Positions 16,992 to 28,263 of a stretch of 64,000 nucleotides of DNA are shown piece by piece. Location of the stretch: IMG/VR virus record IMGVR_UViG_3300026290_000001; one strand, written 5' to 3'. Positions within the stretch are counted from its first letter, which is position 1, and each line of letters starts with the position of its first letter. A program made the position numbers and the translations under genes. The notes beneath the pieces are model-generated. The model ran no database searches and had not been told where the DNA came from. It saw only the letters and a list, made by a program, of their open reading frames with translations. Origin of the DNA: a virus.

Positions 16992-19845
16992 AAGAAATAG
17001 CATCTCCTTCAACTAAAACTCTTTTTGCTCCATACCAACTACTACCAACATAAACTTCATCACCTAATAAAACTTGATTAGCACTTATTTGTAAATGTGG
17101 ATAAGTAGAACCACCTGCTGAAATAATAACATTATGACCAGAAGTAGTGTACATTAAAATTTCTTTATTACTACTATTTTTTCCACCTATTTGCAAAGAA
17201 TTAAATGCAGTAAAATCTCCAGCAGTTATTTGATTAGCATATATTTTACCAGTAATAACATAATCTTTTCCTAATTGTGTAGTTAAGGCAGTATTAGTAA
17301 CATAGTTTGCTAAATCACCAGAATATACTAAATCTGTTGGTTTATCTATCACTTTGCCCCATGCTATATAAGCATTCGGACCCATTTGAATATTGTCACC
17401 AACAATTAACTCATTAACTTTTAGTTTATTTGCACCAACACTACCATTGGACAAATAATTACCATTGATTTTATTTAAAGAATCCAATACATTAGTACCT
17501 GCAATTTTTAAACTCGAACAATCTATATTACCTTGAATATCTGCTGATGTTGCCACTAAGTGACCTGAAAGGGAAACCCTGAAGGGTGCATAATTATAGT
17601 TACTACTACCTAAATATATTCCATTCGTGTCGGCTTTAAATATGGCATTACCCGATCCTATCTGCATATGTCCTTTTAATATTAAATTACCATCAATGTC
17701 AGCATATAATTTTTTGTTCCATTGAGAACCTTCATATTTTTCAATAGTGAATCCATCTGTTGCGTTAGATATGGAACGTACTTTATTGTCTGAACGGGTA
17801 ATTGTTAGTCCATCTGTTATATCTATTTTTACACCATTATAGAGTTTATTTTCTAAGAGTACTCCTTCTGCTAATTCTGAAACTGGTAATCCACCATCCG
17901 TTATTTGTAGGGAAAGACCTGAAATTTTTACTCCCGTTTCATTGACGGTGAAGAATTTTTTACCTTCGTTGTTTGATGCGTCTATTATGAGGTTTTGACC
18001 AATTAATAAAGTACCTAAAATTCTTTCTGCTACAATCCGATCTGGCAAAATCGCAGTATGAAATGTATTACCTCCATCTTGGGTAAGAGTAATTACACCA
18101 TGCATCATACGAATAAATTTATCAGAATCGTTCGGATCTATAATACTGATGCCTCTTCTATCAGTAATTACCGTCTCATTACCACAAGCAATTACTGCTT
18201 GTTTAGTAGCATCCCATGCATTATTTATAATTTTCTGTACTTCATTATTAGCATTTTCACCCAATGACCATTTATATTTTTCCATATCAACAGTAGTAGA
18301 TGTGCTCACTGCTTGATTTATTCTCTTTAAAAACAAATCATAATCACGATTAATATTTTCAATATTACTAATTACAAGATTGACACTATTTTCTTCAAAA
18401 TCAAAATCCATTTCAATAATTTTTGCCATAATGCTAATATCAAAAGTTTCATGGTCAATTCTAACCAAATCACCTAAAATCAATTTACCTTTATCTAATT
18501 GACAATCTTCATCTAAATATTGATCAATATTTATCGAATCTATCTCTATTAATATTTGTGGTGTATTTATTTTTACAAACTGTTCTTTACCCCAAGATAA
18601 TAATTCTTTAGCATCAAAGATGTATTGATTTTCAACAGTTTTTACAACTATATAATCAGTAAGTTCAAATAATTCAGATTGAGTAAAATTACTTTCCATA
18701 CGCAATGTGTCACCAAGAGAAATTATATTAGATTGTACAGAATTTATTTGTGATTGTTTATTACTAATTTCAGTGTTTTTATTATTTATTTCATTTTGTT
18801 TGGCAGATTGTTGTGCTAATAAATCATAAGCACTTTGACCCTTAGATTGTGCCAAATCTATATTGTCTTGAATTATTATTAATTCAGATTGTAGTGTAAT
18901 TAATTGACTATTTAAAATTATTAGTTCTGCTTCATATGTTTCTAATTGAGATAAATAACCTTGATATATACCATCATTATCTTGTAATTTTTTATTATAA
19001 GCCAATAAAGCATGACATAATTCATTGGACATATAATGACTACTTTGAATTACATTGCCTTGCTCATCTTCTGTATATGGATAAAGAAAATATCCAAAGT
19101 TATCTAAATAGTCAGTACCAGTTATATTGTATTCATTTATACTTAATCCCGATTTGCCATAAATTTTTAAACGAGTGCAAAAATCTGAATCATCCAAAGA
19201 TTGATTTAGTGATTTCAAATAGATACCATAATTAAAATTTAAACCAGTGTAGTTTCCGATTTGGTCTAATTTATAAAAACTTATCTTTTTATTTTCAGTA
19301 TCCCATTTAATAATTGCACTAAATGTTTCTGAAACTGTAAATATTGCATCTAGTACCGTAGCAGAAGTAATTTCTAACATGCGAAATTTAGTGTCGAACT
19401 CTGAATTCACGTACCCCAAAGACCATGTAGTTTCCTTTAACAAATCGGTCATTATTTGTGATAATGTTTTGGATTCAACTTTATATCCTCTAATTAAATT
19501 ATCTTTTAATTTAAAGGGGAGAGAAAAACATTCCACTTGAAACGAATCTATATCTTCACCCATATTTTGAATTGGTTTTTGTATAATAAACCATTCAATT
19601 TTATTATTATATTCAAATTTTATTAGGTATTTATAACGAATCATATTAAGATGTTTGTTATAAACTAATTCGTTCTCTATTTCAATATATAAAGGAAGAT
19701 CAAACGATAATTCTGAAATATTACCAAGTTTACAGTTATATTGTATATTAAATGCCTGATTAGATAAATCTGCAATAATATTTCTATCAGGTTTTGTAAG
19801 ATATAGTTTTGGTTTTTGTAGTAAGTCTATTATAAATATCACCAC
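16972..19845 (-). CDS. tail-associated lysin/minor structural protein (Tal-like)
   Basis: 957 aa, directly downstream of Dit-like gene after tape measure; central coiled-coil and C-terminal repetitive beta-rich region. Confidence 0.55.
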   Translation of the reverse strand: MVIFIIDLLQKPKLYLTKPDRNIIADLSNQAFNIQYNCKLGNISELSFDLPLYIEIENELVYNKHLNMIRYKYLIKFEYNNKIEWFIIQKPIQNMGEDIDSFQVECFSLPFKLKDNLIRGYKVESKTLSQIMTDLLKETTWSLGYVNSEFDTKFRMLEITSATVLDAIFTVSETFSAIIKWDTENKKISFYKLDQIGNYTGLNFNYGIYLKSLNQSLDDSDFCTRLKIYGKSGLSINEYNITGTDYLDNFGYFLYPYTEDEQGNVIQSSHYMSNELCHALLAYNKKLQDNDGIYQGYLSQLETYEAELIILNSQLITLQSELIIIQDNIDLAQSKGQSAYDLLAQQSAKQNEINNKNTEISNKQSQINSVQSNIISLGDTLRMESNFTQSELFELTDYIVVKTVENQYIFDAKELLSWGKEQFVKINTPQILIEIDSINIDQYLDEDCQLDKGKLILGDLVRIDHETFDISIMAKIIEMDFDFEENSVNLVISNIENINRDYDLFLKRINQAVSTSTTVDMEKYKWSLGENANNEVQKIINNAWDATKQAVIACGNETVITDRRGISIIDPNDSDKFIRMMHGVITLTQDGGNTFHTAILPDRIVAERILGTLLIGQNLIIDASNNEGKKFFTVNETGVKISGLSLQITDGGLPVSELAEGVLLENKLYNGVKIDITDGLTITRSDNKVRSISNATDGFTIEKYEGSQWNKKLYADIDGNLILKGHMQIGSGNAIFKADTNGIYLGSSNYNYAPFRVSLSGHLVATSADIQGNIDCSSLKIAGTNVLDSLNKINGNYLSNGSVGANKLKVNELIVGDNIQMGPNAYIAWGKVIDKPTDLVYSGDLANYVTNTALTTQLGKDYVITGKIYANQITAGDFTAFNSLQIGGKNSSNKEILMYTTSGHNVIISAGGSTYPHLQISANQVLLGDEVYVGSSWYGAKRVLVEGDAISSTAVFG

Positions 19846-19864
19846 CTTTCTAAATAATTAAATA

Positions 19865-20638
19865 CTAATAAAATCTGAATTCATATTTCATGTCCAAAAA
19901 ACACTTGCCATCAACCTTTAGTCTATTTTTACCATAAGGCAAACTCATATAATAATTATTTATAAGTTTGTCATATCTATAAATAGGTGGAGGTGTGCTT
20001 TCTAACGAACTTTCTATATTTCTTCTCTTACAATCGATTTGTACAATTTCATTATCTTCTAATTCTGAAAATCCAAATTCTTTACCGTTAGATAAATTTA
20101 AAATAGATACTTTACCTTTTTCTAGTTTTTTAATTGTTATTATAGGTAAAACATCCACATCTCCTAAATTATTAAATACAAAATGATTAGTACTTTCTTT
20201 GCTAAAATCATAAGATTCTAAATAGATATGCGAATGTGCATAAGAACTCTTACATCTAAATTGACAAGTTATATAACCTTGATTTATACCATTATGAGAT
20301 ATTTGTGGATCAGAAATTAAAATACAATAATAAATTTTATCAGGATTTTCCGAAAAACGCATTTTAGCATAATATGGTTTTCTTAACCATCGTTTAACCC
20401 TTTGTAAAGATTCTTCCGTCCATCCCTTTTTAAAAGCAAAAACTAAATCCAGTATTAAAGGTTTTGGTTTAACTTCTTGAAAATAAGGTTCATTTCTACC
20501 ACGTATTTCAGTTTCAATTATTTCTACTTCTGCTACAAAAGGTTCTTCTGTCATTCCAGAAGAAAGATTACAATTTATAATATCGTAATCATATGAATAT
20601 TCATTATCAAATTCAAAATACGCAGAATCTTTTATCAT
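19865..20638 (-). CDS. distal tail protein (Dit-like)
   Basis: 257 aa, position between tape measure and Tal, conserved order in siphoviruses. Confidence 0.45.
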   Translation of the reverse strand: MIKDSAYFEFDNEYSYDYDIINCNLSSGMTEEPFVAEVEIIETEIRGRNEPYFQEVKPKPLILDLVFAFKKGWTEESLQRVKRWLRKPYYAKMRFSENPDKIYYCILISDPQISHNGINQGYITCQFRCKSSYAHSHIYLESYDFSKESTNHFVFNNLGDVDVLPIITIKKLEKGKVSILNLSNGKEFGFSELEDNEIVQIDCKRRNIESSLESTPPPIYRYDKLINNYYMSLPYGKNRLKVDGKCFLDMKYEFRFY

Positions 20639-20654
20639 TGCTGTTCACCACCTT

Positions 20655-20687
20655 AAAACAAAACAGAAGGGGAGTAGATACCCCTTC
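20655..20687 (-). terminator. intrinsic terminator-like hairpin after tape measure gene
   Basis: GC-rich stem GAAGGGG..CCCCTTC followed on minus strand by TGTTTTGTTTT. Confidence 0.45.
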
Positions 20688-23600
20688 TATTTACCAAGTT
20701 TACTCATTCCATTATTTATCCGTTTAAAGAAACCATCAACACCTTTTTCTGTGTTTTCTACTTTATCTATATGAACATTCATATTATAAGTTACGTTACC
20801 TCCACCAGCAAACTGTAATTGTGGAGTTGCATTGGCAATTAATTTTTGCATATTAGGAATTAGATATCTTTCAATATTTTTTGGTGGAATTAAAATTTCA
20901 TTTGTTAGTGCTTTGATTATATGTTCATTGGCACTGGTATTGAAAAATTTATTAAATTTATCAACAAAACCAAATGATTTATCTCCGACTATACCACCTT
21001 CATGATATATCCTAATTTGTCTTTTCTTTTCATCCCATTCTACTTGATGACCTAATGCTTCTGCAACTTCCCTGATAGAAAGATATGTTGTTCCGTCAAC
21101 ATTTTTAGCTGGTTTAAATCTCTTTCCACCAATTATAATTGTCTGGTTTTGTCCATAACCTTCCCAATCAGCAGATGCTCCTAAAAGTGATGCAAGAAGT
21201 CTAGATTGCATAATTGCTCTATTATTGACAAGTTCAAAAGAACCAGAATCCAATACTGCCATAGGTTGTCTACCAGATGTGTTAGAACTAGGATTAGTAC
21301 TTTCCAAAGAGGGAATAGACATATTCGCACTATTTGCACTTTCTAATAATGCTAATGCCTGTTCCATTTTTGTAATTAAATTAGCACTAATACTATTACC
21401 AATAAACTCTAAATTGCCATTTACAAAAGTTTTAAATTCTGCAAAAGCTGATTTAACTTTATCAATATTACCATTTATAATATCAGAACGAATTTGGGCA
21501 AACTTTTGTTCGTCATTAATTAAATCGTCATAGTGTTTTTCGGTTTCTCTTTTAATTCTATCCAACCTATCTTTTTCTAAGTTAAGTTTAGTATCTTCTG
21601 CTTTTTTCTTTGCATCAATATCTTTTTTATAAGCATCTAATTGGTCTTTAAGATTTTCTTTACGTAAATCAATTGAATGGTCATGTTGATATTCATTAAT
21701 TTCATCCTCTTGTTCTGCCAATTGTTTTATTAATTCTGCTTTTTTTGCTTTTGCTTCAAAAGAATCATCTAATGATAAAACGTCAATATTTTTTTGAGTT
21801 TCTAATATTGCTTTTTGTTTCTTTTCCAATTCACGATTATAATCATGCTCATTTTCTTCTCTATCTAGTGCTTTGATTCGTGCATTGATGTAATCTTCAA
21901 ATTGTTTTAATTCATCATCAAGATTATCAGTTGCTTGTTTATGACGTTTTTCTTCTGCTTTCATTTGTTCATCTATGGCATCTAATGCAACTTGTTTTTG
22001 TTTTTCATAGATATTTTTATAGATAGAGATGATTTCGTCTGCTATGGATGCTAGTTGTTGTTTGATAGAGAATTGGAGATTGATATATTCTTGCTTTAGT
22101 TGTTTTAAAGTATTTATCAATTCTTGTTTTTGGTCAGCATTGTATCTATCACTTGCTAATTCCTGTTGAACTAATGCTATTTTATTTCTTAAAATATTAA
22201 CACTTTCAATATTAATTTGATTTTCTCGTTCTAATAATGCAATATATTCAGCAGACCCTTTTTCTAATAAAGACATTTCATTTCTAAGGTTTTCTTTTTC
22301 TTGAGTTAAATCAGATAGTTTAATATCTTCAATTGATAAATTAATTTTAAATTCAGCAAAACTCAAATCTCTTATTTCATCATCTATACCTTGAATTTCT
22401 TTTTTAAGACCTTCTGCACTATCTTTGAGTTTTTTAAAATCTTCAATCGCTTTTGCAATTTTTTCATTCTTTATATCAACTTCAATTGTATCTGTTGAAC
22501 CAGACATTATTTTGTTAAAGTCAGATTCAGACAACCCTTTTCCAATATAAGACCGTAGATTCTGTTCTGCTTGTTTTAGACTTGAATCAAAAGTGTTATT
22601 TATATCTAAAAGCAGGTTTTGTTTTTTTTGTAATAAAAGTATCATTTGGTCATATATTTCTGTTTTTTGTTCAAAAGAAGTTACATCGTCAAGTTGATCT
22701 TTAAAAGTTTCTATTTCTCTGTTAATTGCTTCGAGTGCTTCTTTCCAAACTTCAAAGGTTTTGGTAAAGGATTTGGAGGATTTAGAGGAAGAACCATATC
22801 TATCTAAAGAACTAGATACATTAAGATTTTTAAACTTAGATGCCATATCTCTAGTGGCTTTTTGAAATTCAGCATAATCTTTAAGCATCTGGTTTGTTTT
22901 AGAATCAACAGCTAAAGCACTACCGCTTTCAATACGTCTAAAATCACCCATACTCGAAGGATTTACTAATAGCGTACCTGCATTAAAAGCATCAAAATAT
23001 TTCGCCCATTCAGAACCTAATTTGCTTATTAATTGCAATTCAATTGCTTCTCTTGCTTGAGCTAAATTTGCCCATTGAGTTACATTATTGCCATATAATT
23101 TTGATAAATGATTAAATAATTCAGCATGGTTATTTTTAACACTGTTATAGAAATTAATATCTTGTTCTTTAGTTTTTATAAAGGCATCATAAATTGCATT
23201 TTGGTAATCTTCTGTGTCTTTGACAAGTTGTTGTCTTAATTTGGACTCATCTTCAAGTAGAGGAATATAATCTTGATAATCAGATATTATTTTTTCTATT
23301 GAAGATTGAGTAAGACCTTTGTCAGATAATTCATCAAGAAAACCTTTTAGGTCTTTTATTTTAGATACATTGTCTTTGTAAGTGGTTTGAAAATCGGAGA
23401 GAGCTTTTTCATATTGATTTAAAGTATTAATCGCATTTTTTGAATCAATAGTAGAAGGATATAGTGATGCAAAATTAATAGCAAATTCTTTTAAATCGGG
23501 ATTACCTTTAGTTAATGTATTAATTAAATTAGTTATTTCCTTAGATGTTTTTGATAATCCATCTCTATTTTTCTTAGAATCATCGCCACTATTAATAGCA

Positions 23601-26600
23601 GAAGTTAATTTATTATATTGTTCAATTAAAGAATCTAAATCAGAATTAGCAACTTTAGTAGCAAAATCACTTAATGCTTGTTGTTGAGTTTCTATATCTT
23701 CGGGTTGTAAAGCAAGTGATTTAGCAAATTCGGAAACAACTAATTTGGCAGAATCAGACATTTCCTTACCATTAGATTCTAAAGTTTTAATGGTTTCTTG
23801 CGCTTCGTATTCTAAATATTTTTGTTTGTTTTTAGAAAGATTATATATTTCTTCTTGTTGTCTTTGATATATATCTTTCCAATCTTCTAATTTTCTGAGG
23901 TTATACCATTCAGTTCCTTTATTATTATCAATCATTAATTGATATTCTTCTATACGTTTTTCTGCGGTGTCTCTGAGGTTAATTGCTTTTTTAATTTCTT
24001 TATTAGTTTGTTTATCTGATGCTTTAACTTTAAATTCTAATAATTCCTGTTCTTTTTTTAATTCTTCATCTAAAGCCAAAATTCTTAGTTTAATTACTTC
24101 TATAGAATCAGAATAAGCTTCTCCTTCAAGATTAATACCAGTAGCAGATACACCATATTTATCAACAAGTTCTTTTTGAATTTCTAATAATCGTTTCTTT
24201 TCTTCGGTAGTTGCGGTAAGATTTTTCTCTTTATCTTTAAGAGTTTCATATTCAGAAGTTAATTCTTTTAACCCCTCTTTTTGTTGTTTTAAATTTTGTA
24301 TTTGATTTTGACTTGTTTCTATTTGTTTTTGTTGTTCTTCTCTATGTTTTTTAGTAGCATTAGTGAGTCCATAAATAGCAACCATTGCAGTTGTTGCAAC
24401 AACTGCCAATAATCCTAATGGATTTGTTGCCATCGTTGCTTTTAAAAAATTCATTGCAGCAGTAAGTCCTTGTGTTGTTGTCAATAATGCTAAAAGGGAA
24501 ATATTGGCAGCATTAGTAGTAGTAATGAATGCGATCATTGCTTTTATACTAGAAGTAATAGCAGTTCCTTTCCAAATTAAAAAAGCCGTAGTTAAAAGTG
24601 CTACAACAACTTCTGCATTTCCAAGAACTTCAACTAAAGTTGTCATAGCAATTACAAAACCTTTAATTACGTCAGAATTTAATGCTTCTTGCCATTTCCC
24701 CATTACTGTGTTTTTGAATTGTGCAGATTTTGCCTCAATTGATTCCATATACTTTTCGTTTTCAATTAAAGCAGAATTTGTCGAATTTAAGGCAGTAGTT
24801 AGAGAGTCCTGCATATCCTTGTAATTAGTCATCATAGCCATTACTATGTTTCCTTGTCTTTTTCCTGCGACAAGTTCCGACATATTAGCCCTCTGTACGT
24901 CTGTAAGTTTTTCCCAAACTAAGGCTAATTCTAACATAATGTCATAGGTGGATTTAAAGGTATTTTCATCTTTGCGAATTTGAATACCAATATTTTTAAA
25001 TGATTCTTCAAGTTTAGGAAGATATTCTAAAACATCTTCACCATCTTCGGATACACCTCTAAGTCTCATTGAAATTGTTTTGAGGGCTGTTCCTACGGTT
25101 GCTGGGTCTTGTACCACTGCGTTAGCAGCAGTTATCAATGCAACTGCTTCTTCCATTGTATTGCCAGCAGAATATAATGAAGCAGCAGATCTACGCATAG
25201 CTTCACCAATACCTGCACTTGAAATTGCAAAATTATTTCCAACTTCATTATAAATATCTACAATTTTCTGTATATTTCTACCTTCTTCATCTACTGCAAC
25301 ACCAAAACCTTTTACTGCTGAAATAATTGCTAGACTAGCTTCTTCTACTCCAATATCACCTACATTAGAATATAATAATGCTTGTTTTGCTAATTGAGCA
25401 GATTGTTCAAGGGAATAACCCAAACGGGCAAACTCTGTCGTACTATTAATAACTTCCACACTAGTTTTTGCCAAATTTCGACCTATAGCATTTGCCTCAA
25501 GTGAAAATTTATTTAATGTTTCTCTAGTTTCGTCAGTAACTTTATTCAAATTTGTGAGAGCAGTATCTATGTCGATGATACTTTGAATACCATTTTTTAC
25601 TGCTGTTATTGTTTTGATTATTACATCACCGATGAGCAACCAACTAGCGAATTTCTTGCCCGCTTCAAGTAAACTTTGTCCAAAAAGTCCAGTATATTTA
25701 TTAGCATCTTGAATTTCTTTCTTATAAATACTTGTGGTAGTAGAAATTTCTCTAAGTTTAGAATTGGCTTCTGCCATATTCTTACTGAAATTTTTATTAG
25801 TTGGATCAAAACCACGTATTTGAGATTCAAGAGTATTTAAAGCACTTAAATTATCACCAACAATAAACTTTCCATCTACACCTCTCATGCCCCTGATTCT
25901 ATTTAATAAATCTTGTTGAGCAAGAGATTGTTTATGTATTTCACTTGTTAACTTTTGCTGTTGAATAATATCTTTATCAATATTTTTTGCTTTTATTGTA
26001 CCAACATTCCGTAATGTTTGTTCTCTAATTTTTTCAAGTTGAATTAATTTTTCAGCTTCTATTCCTTCTATTTTGGTTTTTTCACCAATGTCAATTTTTC
26101 TTCTAATAATATTATTATATTGACCTTGATGATAGGTTATTTGTTTAGTTAATTCTTTTGCCTGTTCTGTATCTTTATTTCCTAAACTATGATAATCTTG
26201 TCTTAATTTATTTAATTGTGTTAAATGCTGTTTGGCTTCATTAAAATTTTTATTTTGTGTATTTTTAATAGTTTCTAAATTAGTTTTTTCAAGATTATCA
26301 TAATAATCTGCCATTTTAACCAGTTCATCTGGTTTCTTTGTCATATCACCTACAGTTTCTTTAACTCTCTGTGACCAATATTTGGACTGTTCTTTATTTA
26401 ATTTTTCTAACTCTGTACGTTGTTTTTTATAATTAATAGTAGTTTCTGTTACTTTTTTATATACTTCGTCTGTTCCTGCTTTTAAATGTTCAATTTGTTT
26501 TACACTCTCACCATTTGCTTTTGTCCACTCTTTAGTTCTTTCAGTAATTTTTGCTTCAGCATTTTCAATTTGTACATATTTTTCTTTATACTTGTCTAAA

Positions 26601-26731
26601 CCCTTACTATCAACATCAATTTTTATTTTAGGATTAACTCGTTGTTCAATATCTTTTTTTACTTTATTTAGTTCTGATTCTGATGCTCTATCTAATAACG
26701 TTTTTATTCGGATTACAATATCATCTGCCAC
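20687..26731 (-). CDS. tail tape measure protein
   Basis: 2014 aa, long coiled-coil regions, hydrophobic TM-like cluster in middle, C-terminal Cu_amine_oxidN1-like stretch (TYLSIREVAEALGHQVEWDEKKRQIRIY). Confidence 0.8.
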   Translation of the reverse strand: MADDIVIRIKTLLDRASESELNKVKKDIEQRVNPKIKIDVDSKGLDKYKEKYVQIENAEAKITERTKEWTKANGESVKQIEHLKAGTDEVYKKVTETTINYKKQRTELEKLNKEQSKYWSQRVKETVGDMTKKPDELVKMADYYDNLEKTNLETIKNTQNKNFNEAKQHLTQLNKLRQDYHSLGNKDTEQAKELTKQITYHQGQYNNIIRRKIDIGEKTKIEGIEAEKLIQLEKIREQTLRNVGTIKAKNIDKDIIQQQKLTSEIHKQSLAQQDLLNRIRGMRGVDGKFIVGDNLSALNTLESQIRGFDPTNKNFSKNMAEANSKLREISTTTSIYKKEIQDANKYTGLFGQSLLEAGKKFASWLLIGDVIIKTITAVKNGIQSIIDIDTALTNLNKVTDETRETLNKFSLEANAIGRNLAKTSVEVINSTTEFARLGYSLEQSAQLAKQALLYSNVGDIGVEEASLAIISAVKGFGVAVDEEGRNIQKIVDIYNEVGNNFAISSAGIGEAMRRSAASLYSAGNTMEEAVALITAANAVVQDPATVGTALKTISMRLRGVSEDGEDVLEYLPKLEESFKNIGIQIRKDENTFKSTYDIMLELALVWEKLTDVQRANMSELVAGKRQGNIVMAMMTNYKDMQDSLTTALNSTNSALIENEKYMESIEAKSAQFKNTVMGKWQEALNSDVIKGFVIAMTTLVEVLGNAEVVVALLTTAFLIWKGTAITSSIKAMIAFITTTNAANISLLALLTTTQGLTAAMNFLKATMATNPLGLLAVVATTAMVAIYGLTNATKKHREEQQKQIETSQNQIQNLKQQKEGLKELTSEYETLKDKEKNLTATTEEKKRLLEIQKELVDKYGVSATGINLEGEAYSDSIEVIKLRILALDEELKKEQELLEFKVKASDKQTNKEIKKAINLRDTAEKRIEEYQLMIDNNKGTEWYNLRKLEDWKDIYQRQQEEIYNLSKNKQKYLEYEAQETIKTLESNGKEMSDSAKLVVSEFAKSLALQPEDIETQQQALSDFATKVANSDLDSLIEQYNKLTSAINSGDDSKKNRDGLSKTSKEITNLINTLTKGNPDLKEFAINFASLYPSTIDSKNAINTLNQYEKALSDFQTTYKDNVSKIKDLKGFLDELSDKGLTQSSIEKIISDYQDYIPLLEDESKLRQQLVKDTEDYQNAIYDAFIKTKEQDINFYNSVKNNHAELFNHLSKLYGNNVTQWANLAQAREAIELQLISKLGSEWAKYFDAFNAGTLLVNPSSMGDFRRIESGSALAVDSKTNQMLKDYAEFQKATRDMASKFKNLNVSSSLDRYGSSSKSSKSFTKTFEVWKEALEAINREIETFKDQLDDVTSFEQKTEIYDQMILLLQKKQNLLLDINNTFDSSLKQAEQNLRSYIGKGLSESDFNKIMSGSTDTIEVDIKNEKIAKAIEDFKKLKDSAEGLKKEIQGIDDEIRDLSFAEFKINLSIEDIKLSDLTQEKENLRNEMSLLEKGSAEYIALLERENQINIESVNILRNKIALVQQELASDRYNADQKQELINTLKQLKQEYINLQFSIKQQLASIADEIISIYKNIYEKQKQVALDAIDEQMKAEEKRHKQATDNLDDELKQFEDYINARIKALDREENEHDYNRELEKKQKAILETQKNIDVLSLDDSFEAKAKKAELIKQLAEQEDEINEYQHDHSIDLRKENLKDQLDAYKKDIDAKKKAEDTKLNLEKDRLDRIKRETEKHYDDLINDEQKFAQIRSDIINGNIDKVKSAFAEFKTFVNGNLEFIGNSISANLITKMEQALALLESANSANMSIPSLESTNPSSNTSGRQPMAVLDSGSFELVNNRAIMQSRLLASLLGASADWEGYGQNQTIIIGGKRFKPAKNVDGTTYLSIREVAEALGHQVEWDEKKRQIRIYHEGGIVGDKSFGFVDKFNKFFNTSANEHIIKALTNEILIPPKNIERYLIPNMQKLIANATPQLQFAGGGNVTYNMNVHIDKVENTEKGVDGFFKRINNGMSKLGK

Positions 26732-26845
26732 ATATATCCACTCCTTTCTTTACAAATTTAAAAATAGGCAACAAAAAAGAAGTGGATATAATAATCTCAC
26801 TTCTAAAAATTCAAACTATTAAAATTATTAAATTTTAAATTATAT

Positions 26846-27091
26846 CTAAGTAATCATTCCATGAAACAATCCACCAACCTTAACTTTTCTACCATCTTTC
26901 AATTTAATATACACAATCTTACAGCACATTCTATATCGCAACATACTCTGAGCATATGATCTAGGTGGAGGTGGAGCTAGATATGATTCTTTCCAATGCT
27001 TGTATTCATATTCAATAATTTCATCTTTGTATTTTTCAACTAATTGATTTAATGCTTGTTTATTAGTTTTGTCTGTAGGCATAATAATCAC
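26846..27091 (-). CDS. hypothetical protein
   Basis: 81-aa ORF adjacent to integrase. Confidence 0.3.
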   Translation of the reverse strand: MIIMPTDKTNKQALNQLVEKYKDEIIEYEYKHWKESYLAPPPPRSYAQSMLRYRMCCKIVYIKLKDGRKVKVGGLFHGMIT

Positions 27092-27163
27092 TTCCTTTTG
27101 ATTGTATGATTATATTATATGCGAAAAGGGGAGTGAAAATTAAGATAAAATGAAGTTTCTATC

Positions 27164-28201
27164 TTACAAATCACTTAAAGATTTATTTTCTACTTGTTTA
27201 ATCCCATCTTCATCAAAATACTTACCTAATTCCTCATCTATCTCAGTGTCATTATATAATGACACCATATTCGTACTCTCCCAGCCAACTACATCTTTAA
27301 TTACATCTGCTGGAATATTTGCTTGGCAAAGTGCGGTTGTAAAATAATGTCTATTTGAATGCCAATACCAATCTATACCTAAAATATTAGAAAAAGTTAT
27401 TGCCCAAGAATTTAATAAAGATATAGTGCCTGGTTTCCATACACTATTTCTTTTATTCCAAAATAACTCTTCCCCTTCAATGCCTAATTCTTCACGTTGC
27501 TTCATCCATAAATCAAAATAAGGTTTAAATTTAGAAACCAAGATATACCTATAAATCATTTTACCCTTAGAACTTCTACCCTTTGTTTTTATCTTTTCAG
27601 GAGTTTTATATAAAGCACCGTATTTAATATTTTCTTCTGTAAAATGACTTACTTTAAACCTTAATAATTCTGCCTTTCTTGATCCACTACTTACTGCCAA
27701 TGCAACTGCACATGCTTGTTGATATTTGCCTTTTTCAACTAAATAATTAAGCAATTCGTCAACTTGTTCATCTGCAAGGACAGTTTTATCCCTAACATTT
27801 ACTTTTACTGGTGCAGGGATTTTATTAACTATATTGCGAAAATTAGGGTGAATGTCATCTAGCATTGCCTCTATATAATTAGACATACTACTAATTGCTG
27901 ACTTCAATCTTCTTACTCTATTAGGACTAAGATTTTGTGTATTCACAAGCCAATTCTGATATTTTAAAATATCACGTTTAGTAAAATCTATAAAAAATTT
28001 ATTATCATTATATTGTAAATTCCATACCCAACAAATTTCAATATCATTTTCATAACCTTTTATAGTGGCATGAGACATATCTTTCCCTCTGCAATAATCT
28101 AAAAATTCATTAAGTAAATCTTTATTTTCTTTTGAAACTCGTTTCCACAATTCAGGAGTTACAATTGTATGTTGTTCGGTTTTCCTTGCGATTATAATCA
28201 C
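27164..28201 (-). CDS. tyrosine integrase (phage integrase family)
   Basis: Catalytic region ...SSGSRKAEL..., HSNRHYFTTAL, conserved Tyr in LYND near C-terminus; N-terminal core-binding-like domain. Confidence 0.75.
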   Translation of the reverse strand: MIIIARKTEQHTIVTPELWKRVSKENKDLLNEFLDYCRGKDMSHATIKGYENDIEICWVWNLQYNDNKFFIDFTKRDILKYQNWLVNTQNLSPNRVRRLKSAISSMSNYIEAMLDDIHPNFRNIVNKIPAPVKVNVRDKTVLADEQVDELLNYLVEKGKYQQACAVALAVSSGSRKAELLRFKVSHFTEENIKYGALYKTPEKIKTKGRSSKGKMIYRYILVSKFKPYFDLWMKQREELGIEGEELFWNKRNSVWKPGTISLLNSWAITFSNILGIDWYWHSNRHYFTTALCQANIPADVIKDVVGWESTNMVSLYNDTEIDEELGKYFDEDGIKQVENKSLSDL

Positions 28202-28263
28202 TTCCTTATGTTCTATATAATAAAATAGGGCAAGGGATAGATAAAAACATCTACCACTTACCC

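Noticed and set aside
21225-24824. Plus-strand ORFs (102 and 106 aa) inside the tape measure gene
   Set aside because: Antisense shadow ORFs within a 2014-aa coherent reading frame
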